DNA of 35,110 nt from Candidatus Micrarchaeota archaeon (GTDB lineage Archaea; Micrarchaeota; Micrarchaeia; Norongarragalinales; SBBD01), in NCBI GenBank assembly GCA_043806595.1, contig JAZDGU010000057.1, positions 1-35,110 on the forward strand, given 5' to 3'. The notes beneath the pieces were generated by a model. It made no database searches and was not told the origin of the DNA. It saw nothing but the letters and a program-made list of their open reading frames with translations. The position numbers and the translations under genes are program-made. Shown here piece after piece: positions 5,756 to 16,168 of the stretch. How positions within the stretch are numbered: position 1 is the stretch's first letter; each line of letters opens with the position of its first letter.

Positions 5756-8700
5756 CTATTTCGCCGGCGCCGTCGGCGAGCCTTCCCTGATTATGCCGAC
5801 CTTGGGCGAAGGCTTGTACTCCCCTCCGACGACGTCCCACCAGTAGCGGCCGACGCTCACCCAGCCGCCGGTATTAGTCCTAGCGCCGACCTCAACGTAC
5901 AGCTTCTTGCCGGCCGTGCCGAAGGAATTCTTGACGTTGTCGTGGGACATGAAGAAGCGGCCTGCAAGGACTCCGGGGACAATGTCCTGAACATACATTC
6001 CCTGCTTGGCGTATTCGTGGCTGACGTGGTTCGCCGCGGAAAGGAGATTGGGGCTGAACGCCGCCGGCAGCGCGTAGGCGTAGACCGCGAGGGAGCCATC
6101 GACAAGGGAGGCGCTCGCCGCGGTCGCCATCGCCCTGAGCTTTTCAAGGGCCGCGTCCTTGTTGACGTCGACGCTTACGCACAGGCGGTTCGTGCCGGGG
6201 ACGTAGAGCACGCCGTCCGTCAGCACGGAATCGGATTTTATTCCCCGGTTGAGGCAAGCGGTTCTGAAAGAATCTGCGCCTTCGGGCTTCGCCGGGTCCT
6301 TGACGTAGATTCCCTTGATGATGTCCTTGACGCCCGAGAATTCGGATATGTCCAAATGGACCAGCGGGGGCAGCGGAGGTTCGACGGGCGTGGGCTCCGT
6401 GCCTTCCGGCGGAACGCATTCCGGTTCCTGCGTCTGGGGCGGCGCCGGCGGGATGCATTGGATTGGTTTTTTCTTCTCGGTCGGCACCTTGTTCTCGTCC
6501 AAGAAGTAGTATATGCCCACGGGGTTGCCGTCGCCGTCCTTCCTCCATTGGATGCGCAGGTCGCCGCTGATGGTGGTCTCCGTGAACATGGCCTCGATGC
6601 GATCCTTCGCACCGGTGTCCGACCAGCACTCGTCGAGGAAATAGTTGAAGAGGTCCTTGAGGGCTTCCTTACCGGCATTGCTGTAGTCCAGCAGTTCAGT
6701 GTCTGATGCGTCTTTCACAATCCCGGGAGCGATGGCGTAAAGCGTGTACGAGGGCTGGTCGAAATAGATGGCGACGGACGGGGGCAGCACGGTCTTGTCG
6801 TTGTCGGGAGTGCACTTGCCGGGCTTGCAGACGGAGGCGACCTTCATCAGCTTCTCGAAGTCCTCGGGCTTGCTGAATAAGTTTGCACAGGAGTCTAAGG
6901 GTAGTCCCGTTGGTTTATCAAGTTTTATTGTGGAGGAGTCGTCCTTGACGAAGTCGGCGTAGCAGCTAACGAGCTTGATCTTCCTGCCGGTGCCGGTCGA
7001 GCCCGAGAAGTAGTCCTTGTATTCCTTGTACAATTCCACTTTGTCGTTGGAGGCGTCGAAGGGGAACTTGTTCATGGTCGCAAGATTGGGCTTGGAAGCG
7101 TCCGACATCCTCACCTGCAGCTGAGTTGAGCCGGACTTTGACTTCGGGTAGTAGAGGTAGGGGAAGGTGCGAATGTTGTACGAGCCGCCCGAGCCCGACC
7201 AAAGGCCCTTGACGCCTCCCCACACGCCGCCGGGGATGCTCAACAGCATCTCGATGCCGGTCTTGGCCGCGCCAGACGCGCCGCCGACGGTCTGGCCGAC
7301 GACGGTCTGGCCGCCGCTCCACTGCTCGAGCGACATGAAGCTTTCGCGCGCCAGCGGGCTGCCCGAGGGCAGTATCGGGTAGCTCTTGAGGAAGAGGCCC
7401 GAGTTCGCGCCGTTGTCGGCAGCCGTCTTGTGGAGCACTGCAATGGAAAGAGGCCGAAGGTCGACGATGGGCTTCGTGTTCAGCTTGCGCGGGCCGAGCG
7501 TCTGGCCGGCGAGCGCCTGCGAGATGACTGCACGCAGGCCGTCCCAGTCCCTGCGGTTGGCGAAGCCCTCGAAGAGGTTGAGCGTCTGCGTGTTGCAGAG
7601 CGCGAGCTTGAATTCGTTGCCGAACGAGCTCGTGACGTCTCCCCACGAAGTGCGGTCGCAGTGCGAGTTGCCGCGGTCGTAGCAGTAGTCGTCGCCCGCG
7701 GTAGCACCGGTAGCCTGCGCGTTGCAGAGGTCGCGCAAGCCCTGCGTCCTGCCGCAGGCCTCGTACTGCGCCTGGTCGGCTACGTAGTCGGCGAGCGTGC
7801 GCACGAGCGCGTCCGCGAAGGCGTCCTTGACGGCGTCGCCGAAGCCGTTGAAGTCTATCTGCTGGACCTTGCTGAAGACCTGTTCGTTCATCTTCGCGAT
7901 GTCCTCGTACACCTTGCCGTCGGCTTCGTTGAACTGCGCGGAGTTGCAGAAGTTGTTGCCGCTGCAGTCGAAGGCGTTGTAGAGGTTTGTCCCCTTGCCG
8001 ACGTTGCCGACGACGTCGAAGTATTCGGAGCTCTGGAGCGCGCCTTCGGGCGGCAGCATTCCGGGTTCGGTGGCAAGTCTGTTGAACGGCATCTTGAAGT
8101 TGCCGGGCTGGTTTGGCTGCTTGGGCGTGCTCAGGATGAACGGCTGGATTGTTGGAGAAGCCTGTATCCGGTAGCCGCCTTCCTCCTTGACTTGGAATAG
8201 CGCGGTCATTCTCTCCTGCACGCTAGAGCTGCCGGAGTTGCCCGCCGTGAGCTTGGTGCCGTCTGTCGCGGTAATCCTCAAGGTCGAGACGGGGATGTTG
8301 TTGACGATGTACATCGGCTCGAGCGTACCCTTGGGCTCGAGGCCAAGGCGGGAGCACATGTCCGTCTCGCGCGTGGCCATCTGCAGCGCATACTTGTCCG
8401 CGGGTTCGTTGAATATCTTGAAGTGCATCTTGAGGCCGAAGAAGTTGGTGGTGCGGCCGACCATCTTGAGGTTCAGCTCCTGGTTGAGGCCGAGGTCACC
8501 TACCCTGCCAACGATGCCTTGCTTGAACTTGAGCCTGACGCGGGGCACGCTGCGTATGTCGGTGGTGGAACCGACGTCGTATTCGACGCATTCGGGCCGC
8601 AGCTTGACGATGAAGGTCGCGAAGCGCGGCGCCGCGCCCATGATTTCGTTGACCTTCTGCACGGCGCCGACGAGCTGGCCGGAGATGCCCGAGCGGTCGA

Positions 8701-11700
8701 CGTAGACGCCCTCGAGGCAGTTTGCCATGCCGTTGGAGTTGTCCACGCTGATTTGGGACGGCGAGCTGTAGAGGAGGGCGAGGTCGTTGATGATGGTGAA
8801 CGCCACGCCGTTGGATGGCATGAGCGGCGAGACGGGGATTTCCTTGAAGTCGTAATACTGGCCGCTGAAGGAGTATTCGAATGCGGGTTGCGCGGAGCTG
8901 GGCAGGTTGTCGTCGGGCTGGAAGCCTTGGTAGTAGCTCGTCGCAGGCTGCTGGTTGAGGTAATTGTATGGAGCGTTGTTCCAGTTGTTGATGCCGTTCG
9001 CGTTCATGTAGCCTGTTCCGATGCCCTGAACGGCCTGCGGGACGTCGGTGACAGTGCCGTCGCGGTTGATGACGAAGCGGTACGGTGAGCTGGCGGCGAT
9101 CTTCTCGCCGCGGCCGGGGTAGTCGAAGAAGCCGACGAGGGGACGGGCGAGGTTCTGGGCGAAGCGTTTTGCGAAGCTGCCGGGGCGCATGTACCAGCAT
9201 TCGCCTGGCGGCCCGACCCATATGGTGCCCTCGAACTGCGGGCGCGTGCCGTCCCTGTAGCCGTAGACGCCGTCCTTGTTGAAGGAGAAGGTCCAGTTCT
9301 TGCCGGGCTGTATGGGACCCGAGTTGAAGAGGCCGGACTGGCGCGAGACCACGGAGCGCGTCTTGCCGTCCTTGTTCACCCAGATAACCTTCTGGTTGAC
9401 GTCGACGTACTTGCGCACGGGCACGAACCCGCCGGCGGTGATCTGGATTACCGCGTATCCGTCCAAGGATTCCGAGGAGGGCTTGATGCCGTAGACGACG
9501 ATGGGCACGCTGACCGCGGCCTGCCCCTCGCGCCGCAGGTAGAGCCAGCCGGAGTGGATTTCCTTGTAGTCCGCGGGGTTGGCGTCGTCCTCGCCTCCGC
9601 AGCCGTAGGCGTCCGGGTTTGTCGTGCAGTAGAGCGGCTTGTCGTCGGCGAAGGAAAGCATGCTTTGCGGGGAAAGGTCCTGCTTGGGCTGGGAAGAGAG
9701 GCGGCCGCGGTAGCCCGGGCAGTTGGGGTTGTAGGGGTCGGGGCAGCCGAAGCCCGTGTTGGGGCCGGGGCCGCCGAAGCCGAAGCGGTCGAGGCACGCG
9801 GGGTTGCCGGCGTCGTAGTTCGAGCAGTACGGGTCGTAGGAGTAGTCGTTGCCCGTGTCGGCAGGGGTCTCCTGCACGTCAAACCACGGGTGGCCGGAGT
9901 AGTCCGCGTGCAAATGGATGAACCTGCCCTGTTTTACGCTGACGTCGCACTCGACGGTGTCGAAGAAGAGCTGCATCTGGCCGTTGCTGGGCTGCTCATT
10001 GCTCTTCACCTCGCAGGAGGTGATGGTGCCCTCGACGTTCTTCGTCGAGAACCATTCCTCGTATTCCCTCGCGCTGTCGAGCTTGGCGATGATGCGGCTC
10101 GGCAGGTTGGGATAGAGGAGCATCTGCGCGCATTTGTTGTCGTCGCCACAGTACTGGCCTTCGGGGCAGGGCTTGGAGTCGCTGCAGTCCGGAGGCACGC
10201 ATTCCCCGGGCGTGGCCTCGAGGTTGCACTTCCACTTGGCCGGGCAGTCGGAGTCGGAATCGCATGTGCGCGGCAGGCACAGGTTGTCATCGTTGCAGAA
10301 GTAGGTGGAATAGCCCTGGTCGATGCAGTCCTGGTCGGTGTCGCACTGGTGGGTGATGCACGTCGCGGTGGCGGGGTCGCAGGTCGTGGGAGGGCGGCAG
10401 TCGAGCTCGTCGCAGGTCAAGAGCCTGCAGAGCCCGCGCACGCGGTCGCACTTCTCGTTGTCGTCGCAGTCGCTGTCGTACCTGCAGGGCGTCTCGCCGG
10501 ATTCAATGCACAAACCGTCTATGCAGACCAGGCCGCCCAAGCAGCCGTCTTCAAACGGCGTGCAGCACATCTCGCCGAGCTCGCCGCAGTTGCCGACGAT
10601 GAGCGCGCACGTGCCGTCGCGGGTGCATGAATAACCCGGAGGGCATGGACGGGTGTCGGAGCATTCCCGGATTTGCTCGCATTGGAACCGGGCGTTGCAC
10701 TCGCTGCCCGAGGGGCACGCCGGCATGCCGGGGCCGCACTGCTTGGGGATGCAGAGGTGCGAGTTGGTGTCGCAGGTCTGGAAGGTCAGGCACAAGGAGT
10801 CGTCGTTGCAGGTGAGGGGCTGGCACGTGTTCGTCGGGAAGTCGCACGATTGGCCCTGCGGGCATGGATGCTCGCGGTCGCATAGAGTCGGCACGCGTAT
10901 GCATGACTGGGTCTGGTCGTCGCAGCGCTGGCCGTCGGGGCAGTCGCTCGTGGTCGTGCAGGGAAGCGCGACGCAAGTGTTGGAGGAGAAGTCGCAGGTC
11001 TGGCCCTGCAGGCAGTCGGAATTGGCGGTGCAGCGGCGCGGCTGGCCGTTGCACGTGCCCGTGGAGGCGTCGCAGAAGAGCGCGGGCGAGCCGCAGTCGG
11101 CGTCGACGTTGCACGGCTTGGGCGCGCACTGCCTGTCCGAGGGGTCGCAGTACTGGCCGTTGAAGCACTGCGAGTCGGAGGTGCAGGGAATAGGCTCGTC
11201 GACGCAGACGAGGTTCTGCGTGTCGCAGCGCTGGCCTTCGGGACAGACTGCATCGATGGTGCAGACCGCGGGCGCAGGGATGCACTGGAAGGTCTGAAGG
11301 TTGCACACCTCGCCCTCTCCGCACTCGCCGTCGCTCTCGCACTCGACGGTGGCGTTCGGCACGGTGTAGCACGTGTTGTTCGTCGTGCTGCAGACCTCGC
11401 CCTCGGGGCAGTCGGGGTCGTATTCGCAGTACTGCCCGAGGTCGGCGCAGCGGACGGTCAGCCCGATTCTCCTGGAGTTGGAGACGCCCGTGGGGAGAGT
11501 GCTGGCGAAAGCGGCATTGCAGTCCACGCCGTTACGGACGGGAACGAGCGTGATGCCCGCGGTCGACTTCGCGCCGACGGAAATCGTCCACGAGGTGTCA
11601 CTCGTCTTGACGGAGCTGCCGCCCGAGATTTCGGCGCAGTTCGAGGTGGCAAAGACGTTAATCTTGATGTTGAGCTTGTTTTCGAGCTCTGCTGACGCAC

Positions 11701-14700
11701 CGTCGCACCCTAGGAAGAGGGAATCCGGCGTGACTTCGAGGAACTCGTTGAGCTTGACTGTGACCTTCTGCCGAGCCTCGCGGAAGCCCTCGCGCGTCGC
11801 AATGACGTCGAAGGACCCGGGGGAGAGCGGACGCACCCTGCGGAACTTGTAGTAGCCGCCCTCGCCTGCGCCCGCGGAGTTATCGCCGACGATGGACTCG
11901 GGGACGCCGCCCTCGAACACCGAGGTCTCGTCCTCCTCGATGGAGAGGATTGCGTCGGTCAGCGGCGAGCCGTCCACGCCGCTGAGAAGCGTGCCGGTGA
12001 GGGAGGCGTCGGCGTTCGCCTGCAGCTCGGTCTTGTCTAGGGAAAGCTGGAGCGAGCCCGTGCCCTGGATGCTGACGAAACCGGAAGCGCGGATCACCTC
12101 GCCGTCGGCGTCGCCGAACTCGACGTCGATGCTCGAATACGAGGTCGGGATTCTTCCGGAAGCGGTGACCACGCCGTCGGCGGTCTCGGCCTGCAGGAGG
12201 GACTCAATGGGGATCGTGATTACGGAAGAGCCGCCGGCGTCGCCGCTCGAGGGCGGGAGGTTCTCGCTGGAGAGGAAGAACTCGCCGAGCGCGATTACCG
12301 AGCCGTTGCCGGAGTCCGCGGTGAGCTTGACGTACGGCGATTCGAAGGTCTGGAGGGCGCGGATGCCGAAGTATATGTTGAAGGGCTGGCCGAGGTCGGC
12401 GGTGAAGCTGCGGCTCATCTTGGGGGAAGAGTCGTCCTTCGCGAACTGGAGGGAAAGGCAGGCGCGGCCGTTGCACGCGAACTTGCCGCCGTTGATGGAG
12501 AACTGCCTGGACGCCGATTCCGCATAGCACGAGTCCTTCGTCGGGATTTTCTCGCGGTTGCCGAGCTCGGAGTCCTCGGGCGTGCGCACCCAGACGCTGC
12601 CGCTCTTGGCGTAGGCGCGGTAGAATACCTTGATCTGGTCCTGCAGGCTGGCGTTCGGGGTGATGAAGAGGCGGAGAATGATGGCCTTGCTGCCCGCCTC
12701 CTTGAGGAATTCGGCGTTCACCCATTTCAAGGGCATGCCGGCGTAGTCAACGCCCGCGGCGCGGTCCCTCGAGCAGTCGCCCTGCGGCTGGTAGGTCGCG
12801 GACCTCATAATCCCCGCGCCGGTAGGCGCGTCGATCCTGTCGATGTAAGCGTAGTCCTCGTCAGCGGGCGTGCCCCTGCCTTCGACGCGCATGAAAAGGC
12901 CGGCCTTCTCGGAGTGCGGGAAGTTGACGGAGAATTTCGCAAGGTAGAAGGAGGCCCTGCTGAGGGAGGTGATGTTGGAGTATGCCTGTTCCTTCGAGCC
13001 GGCGAGCCTCACGCCCTCGAAGTCCACGCGCAGCGTCTCGGCGAACTGCGATGGCAGCATGTTGACCTGTATCGAGAACGTCGAGCCGGCGTCTACGGCT
13101 ACGGCCTCGGACTCCTTCTCGACATACCCGGCGGCGGAGGCCCGGGCGTAGACCTGCTTGTTCGCGGGAACCTCGAACGTGCAGGAGGGCTGCGACTCTT
13201 CCGTCGAGCATTCCCCGAGCGCGCTGTCGTCCTTCTTGAGGAAGAACTTGAAGGATGCGGAAATGTTCTTGCCGGTGGTGATGTCGCCGGCAGTGGCGAT
13301 GAGGATGCCGGTGGCCTCCTCGAGCGTGACGGTCACCCTCGCGGACTCGCCCGCGGCTACCGCGAATTCCGACGACGTGCCGCTGACCGCGCCTTTGGAG
13401 GCCCTCGCGAGGTAGGACTTGGAGACGTCGAGCGAGGCAAACACTGCCGTGCCGTCCTCGCGCGTCGTCTCGGCGTCGATGCCGACGAAGAAGCCGTCGC
13501 TGTAGAGCAGCGTGACCTTCGCGCCGGCCGCCGGGTTGCCGTCGCTGTCGTATACCGTGACCTCGGCGTCCCCGTTGTTGCCGGATGCCGCGCGCCGGAG
13601 GGATGCCGTCCTCGCGTCTCCCGCATTGAGGTCCTGCACGATGGCAGGCAGGAATCCCGGCTTGTAGAGGGTCGCGTAGGAGGTCTTGTCCGTAGAGAAG
13701 GAGGCGGTGCCGTCGGCGTCCGTGGAATGGGATGCGAGGAGGGCGTTGGTCTCCTGGTTGTAAAGGCGGACCTTGACGCCCGCGAGCGGGGAATCGTCAT
13801 CCGCGTCGACTGCGGTCAGAAGAATGCCGTAGTCCGTGCCCTCGGCCTTCTCCTGCAGGGTCACCCTGAACTCGAGAACTTCGTCGGACTGCAGCCGTTC
13901 CGCCTCGGCGCTCCCGTCGAAGGCGAGGAACTTCTGGTCAAGCGGTTCCACGGCTATGTACAACAGCACTCCGACGGCGTCGACGTCCTCGAACCTCGCC
14001 GTGCCGCTGGAGAACGTCCTGCTGACGTCGATCTCCGTGTCGTCGTCGCCGCGGAAGAGGTGGACGATGGAATCTACGGGGCCGCCGTCGCCTCCGGCTA
14101 CCCGCACAGCAACGATGCCCTTGGGCGTCCTCGTGCCCCCGTCGCCCCCGCCGTCGCTGGAAGAGCGCCTCAGCTTGACGGTCTTGGTCTTCTCGATCGC
14201 GACGTCGAAGGAAGAGGAGAAATCCTGGAAGCCGTCCTTCGAGACGCGGAAGTTCAGCAGCGCGGTCTCGCCGCTGGCGAAGAGGGAAGCCGCGCCGTTG
14301 GCGTCCGTCGTCGCCGATTTCGAGGCCCCGGTCTCCGAGTCCGTATAGGTTATGGATGCGCCGCCCAGCGGGATGCTGTCCTCGGACATGACGCGAAGGG
14401 TCACCTTGGTGACCGTGGAGGGAAGAGTGGAGAACTGGAGCGAGGCCGTGACCGCCGGCGTGTTCCTGCCTATGGTGACGGTCCGCAGGAAGGGCTCGAA
14501 TCCTTCCTTAGAGATTTTGATGGTGACCGTCTTCCCGATGGGGACGTTACTGAATATGGCAACGCCGGAGCTGTCCGAGGTCGCGGTCTGGACCTGCTTG
14601 CCGTCGAGCAGGAGCCCCACCTCGACGCCGGAAACCGGCTGGCCCGCCTGCGTGACGTTGACGCTCAGGGTTGAGGTGCCGGGAAAGAGCGACACCGCGG

Positions 14701-14896
14701 CGAAGGCGACGCCGCCGATGAGGATGAGAGCGAGCAGGATCGCAATCGGCATGGATGGGATGCCCTTCGCCTCCACGGGGTTGACGAAGGAGTCGTAGAC
14801 CGGGAGGTTGAGGCTGTTCTCCAGATAGTCCATGAAGGCGTAATACTTGTCTTCGACGGCGAAATACGCGTCCTTGAGGGAATCCTGGAACGACAT
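5756..14896 (-). CDS. Giant 3046-aa surface protein: N-terminal membrane anchor, carboxypeptidase-regulatory-like/Ig repeats, Cys-rich repeats, cupredoxin-like domain, unknown C-terminal region
   Basis: One 9.1-kb ORF with host-like GC3. TM helix PIAILLALILIGGVAFAAVSLF; repeated G.P..GA.V.L...TD.DG.A.F units; 17 Cys4-type repeats. Confidence 0.9.
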   Translation of the reverse strand: MSFQDSLKDAYFAVEDKYYAFMDYLENSLNLPVYDSFVNPVEAKGIPSMPIAILLALILIGGVAFAAVSLFPGTSTLSVNVTQAGQPVSGVEVGLLLDGKQVQTATSDSSGVAIFSNVPIGKTVTIKISKEGFEPFLRTVTIGRNTPAVTASLQFSTLPSTVTKVTLRVMSEDSIPLGGASITYTDSETGASKSATTDANGAASLFASGETALLNFRVSKDGFQDFSSSFDVAIEKTKTVKLRRSSSDGGGDGGTRTPKGIVAVRVAGGDGGPVDSIVHLFRGDDDTEIDVSRTFSSGTARFEDVDAVGVLLYIAVEPLDQKFLAFDGSAEAERLQSDEVLEFRVTLQEKAEGTDYGILLTAVDADDDSPLAGVKVRLYNQETNALLASHSTDADGTASFSTDKTSYATLYKPGFLPAIVQDLNAGDARTASLRRAASGNNGDAEVTVYDSDGNPAAGAKVTLLYSDGFFVGIDAETTREDGTAVFASLDVSKSYLARASKGAVSGTSSEFAVAAGESARVTVTLEEATGILIATAGDITTGKNISASFKFFLKKDDSALGECSTEESQPSCTFEVPANKQVYARASAAGYVEKESEAVAVDAGSTFSIQVNMLPSQFAETLRVDFEGVRLAGSKEQAYSNITSLSRASFYLAKFSVNFPHSEKAGLFMRVEGRGTPADEDYAYIDRIDAPTGAGIMRSATYQPQGDCSRDRAAGVDYAGMPLKWVNAEFLKEAGSKAIILRLFITPNASLQDQIKVFYRAYAKSGSVWVRTPEDSELGNREKIPTKDSCYAESASRQFSINGGKFACNGRACLSLQFAKDDSSPKMSRSFTADLGQPFNIYFGIRALQTFESPYVKLTADSGNGSVIALGEFFLSSENLPPSSGDAGGSSVITIPIESLLQAETADGVVTASGRIPTSYSSIDVEFGDADGEVIRASGFVSIQGTGSLQLSLDKTELQANADASLTGTLLSGVDGSPLTDAILSIEEDETSVFEGGVPESIVGDNSAGAGEGGYYKFRRVRPLSPGSFDVIATREGFREARQKVTVKLNEFLEVTPDSLFLGCDGASAELENKLNIKINVFATSNCAEISGGSSVKTSDTSWTISVGAKSTAGITLVPVRNGVDCNAAFASTLPTGVSNSRRIGLTVRCADLGQYCEYDPDCPEGEVCSTTNNTCYTVPNATVECESDGECGEGEVCNLQTFQCIPAPAVCTIDAVCPEGQRCDTQNLVCVDEPIPCTSDSQCFNGQYCDPSDRQCAPKPCNVDADCGSPALFCDASTGTCNGQPRRCTANSDCLQGQTCDFSSNTCVALPCTTTSDCPDGQRCDDQTQSCIRVPTLCDREHPCPQGQSCDFPTNTCQPLTCNDDSLCLTFQTCDTNSHLCIPKQCGPGMPACPSGSECNARFQCEQIRECSDTRPCPPGYSCTRDGTCALIVGNCGELGEMCCTPFEDGCLGGLVCIDGLCIESGETPCRYDSDCDDNEKCDRVRGLCRLLTCDELDCRPPTTCDPATATCITHQCDTDQDCIDQGYSTYFCNDDNLCLPRTCDSDSDCPAKWKCNLEATPGECVPPDCSDSKPCPEGQYCGDDNKCAQMLLYPNLPSRIIAKLDSAREYEEWFSTKNVEGTITSCEVKSNEQPSNGQMQLFFDTVECDVSVKQGRFIHLHADYSGHPWFDVQETPADTGNDYSYDPYCSNYDAGNPACLDRFGFGGPGPNTGFGCPDPYNPNCPGYRGRLSSQPKQDLSPQSMLSFADDKPLYCTTNPDAYGCGGEDDANPADYKEIHSGWLYLRREGQAAVSVPIVVYGIKPSSESLDGYAVIQITAGGFVPVRKYVDVNQKVIWVNKDGKTRSVVSRQSGLFNSGPIQPGKNWTFSFNKDGVYGYRDGTRPQFEGTIWVGPPGECWYMRPGSFAKRFAQNLARPLVGFFDYPGRGEKIAASSPYRFVINRDGTVTDVPQAVQGIGTGYMNANGINNWNNAPYNYLNQQPATSYYQGFQPDDNLPSSAQPAFEYSFSGQYYDFKEIPVSPLMPSNGVAFTIINDLALLYSSPSQISVDNSNGMANCLEGVYVDRSGISGQLVGAVQKVNEIMGAAPRFATFIVKLRPECVEYDVGSTTDIRSVPRVRLKFKQGIVGRVGDLGLNQELNLKMVGRTTNFFGLKMHFKIFNEPADKYALQMATRETDMCSRLGLEPKGTLEPMYIVNNIPVSTLRITATDGTKLTAGNSGSSSVQERMTALFQVKEEGGYRIQASPTIQPFILSTPKQPNQPGNFKMPFNRLATEPGMLPPEGALQSSEYFDVVGNVGKGTNLYNAFDCSGNNFCNSAQFNEADGKVYEDIAKMNEQVFSKVQQIDFNGFGDAVKDAFADALVRTLADYVADQAQYEACGRTQGLRDLCNAQATGATAGDDYCYDRGNSHCDRTSWGDVTSSFGNEFKLALCNTQTLNLFEGFANRRDWDGLRAVISQALAGQTLGPRKLNTKPIVDLRPLSIAVLHKTAADNGANSGLFLKSYPILPSGSPLARESFMSLEQWSGGQTVVGQTVGGASGAAKTGIEMLLSIPGGVWGGVKGLWSGSGGSYNIRTFPYLYYPKSKSGSTQLQVRMSDASKPNLATMNKFPFDASNDKVELYKEYKDYFSGSTGTGRKIKLVSCYADFVKDDSSTIKLDKPTGLPLDSCANLFSKPEDFEKLMKVASVCKPGKCTPDNDKTVLPPSVAIYFDQPSYTLYAIAPGIVKDASDTELLDYSNAGKEALKDLFNYFLDECWSDTGAKDRIEAMFTETTISGDLRIQWRKDGDGNPVGIYYFLDENKVPTEKKKPIQCIPPAPPQTQEPECVPPEGTEPTPVEPPLPPLVHLDISEFSGVKDIIKGIYVKDPAKPEGADSFRTACLNRGIKSDSVLTDGVLYVPGTNRLCVSVDVNKDAALEKLRAMATAASASLVDGSLAVYAYALPAAFSPNLLSAANHVSHEYAKQGMYVQDIVPGVLAGRFFMSHDNVKNSFGTAGKKLYVEVGARTNTGGWVSVGRYWWDVVGGEYKPSPKVGIIREGSPTAPAK
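10128..11430 (-). repeat. ~17 tandem Cys-rich peptide repeats (C-x5-C-x5-C-x5/6-C; EB/Dickkopf-N-like)
   Basis: Examples are CEYDPDCPEGEVCSTTNNTC, CTSDSQCFNGQYCDPSDRQC and CSDSKPCPEGQYCGDDNKC. The units are diverged at DNA level and the boundaries are approximate. Confidence 0.9.
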
Positions 14897-15010
14897 GCAA
14901 CCACGCTCAAAGTAAGTCGGAAAGCAGGATATAAAAGGCTTGCACCCGTAGGCGCGGCCCCCGTGCCAAGATTTTTATTGCAGGGCGACGGGGTAATATG
15001 AGGGTAGGCC

Positions 15011-15421
15011 ATGGCAAGCGCTTTCGCGGAATACGACTTCGTACTGGACTTCGCCATAGCCGCGCTCGTAATCGTCCTCGCATACTTGGCGTGGAAGCGC
15101 CGCGTGTTCGAGGACGCGAGGGCCGACAGGGCCGCCGTCGCAGAGAAAAAAAAGCGCGAGTTCAAGAGCCTGAGGGAGAAGGCCGGCGAGCAGGCGGTCG
15201 AGCTCAAGGAGGAGAGGAAGCGCATCAACGCCGACGTCGCCGAGGCGCGCAAGAAGTACATGAAGGGCGACATGGACTTCTCGACGTTCATCCACCTCCA
15301 GCGCGAGTACGACGCGCAGCTCGTCGACGTGGACGCGAGGCTCAACGCGCTAAGCGAGATTTCCGGAAAATCGGGAAGGCCGAGCGCGTTCTTCAAGGAC
15401 TTGCTCTCTGACGGTGGCTAG
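15011..15421 (+). CDS. Hypothetical membrane-anchored coiled-coil protein (SHOCT-like C-terminal motif)
   Basis: N-terminal TM, charged helix and KYMKGDMDFSTF...EY; high GC3; GAGGGT SD. Confidence 0.75.
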   Translation: MASAFAEYDFVLDFAIAALVIVLAYLAWKRRVFEDARADRAAVAEKKKREFKSLREKAGEQAVELKEERKRINADVAEARKKYMKGDMDFSTFIHLQREYDAQLVDVDARLNALSEISGKSGRPSAFFKDLLSDGG

Positions 15422-16118
15422 CGTGGGCACCGGCGGAAGGGGAGCACTGATAACCGAGTTCATCGCACACAGCAGGGCTCTCGAGCCCGGGGAGTTCGAA
15501 AGGACTCCCACGATTTCCCGCCGGAGGAATGGCCCTGCCGATTTCCATGGCACGCCCCTCGACCCACAAAAAATGCTCGAGACCATCAAAAAATACGACG
15601 CGTGGGCCTCGCGCAAGTGGGGCTCGGAAAAAAAAGCGCCTGCAGGCCTCCGGTACGACATCGCCAAGCGCATTTCGCACAGCACGCTGTTGCGCGAGCT
15701 CGGCGTCCCGAAGGTGGAATGGAGCCACCTCGTCAGCATATTCGGAAGCAGGTTCAACCCGAGGCCCGGCGCCAGCAACTGGAAGCCAGTGCTCGACTAC
15801 TTCAAGGCGTTCGGGAAGGAACACGCCGTCGCGCGGCTGGATCAGGTGGACGAGGCGGCAAGCGAGGCGCGCGAAGGATACAGGGCGATGATATTTGAAA
15901 TGGAGAGGAACGGCCCGGACGCCGCCCCGGACTCATCCGACATGTTCAGCAACGCGCTGTTCTCGATCAGCTGGAAAAACCGCTTTTTGAAGGACATGCT
16001 GGACGACCCTAGATCGGGCCTCATCCAGGCGAGGGGAGAGCCGCCCGCGCACAGGAGGAGGCTGCTGGCGTTCCTCCGCAGCCACCACGGCCCCGGCTTC
16101 GGAAGAAGGCAAGAATAA
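15414..16118 (+). CDS. Hypothetical protein, 234 aa
   Basis: GTG start overlaps the upstream stop and the ORF fills the gap to folD. No recognisable motif. Confidence 0.6.
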   Translation: MASVGTGGRGALITEFIAHSRALEPGEFERTPTISRRRNGPADFHGTPLDPQKMLETIKKYDAWASRKWGSEKKAPAGLRYDIAKRISHSTLLRELGVPKVEWSHLVSIFGSRFNPRPGASNWKPVLDYFKAFGKEHAVARLDQVDEAASEAREGYRAMIFEMERNGPDAAPDSSDMFSNALFSISWKNRFLKDMLDDPRSGLIQARGEPPAHRRRLLAFLRSHHGPGFGRRQE

Positions 16119-16168
16119 TAAAATCAGGCGGCACAATAATACCGCTAATTATCGGGGGGATGGACCGC

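Noticed and set aside
10128..11430. Cys-rich repeats as a DNA tandem repeat or DGR template/variable pair
   Set aside because: Similarity is at peptide level only. I saw no near-identical pair differing at adenines, and there is no reverse transcriptase in the window.
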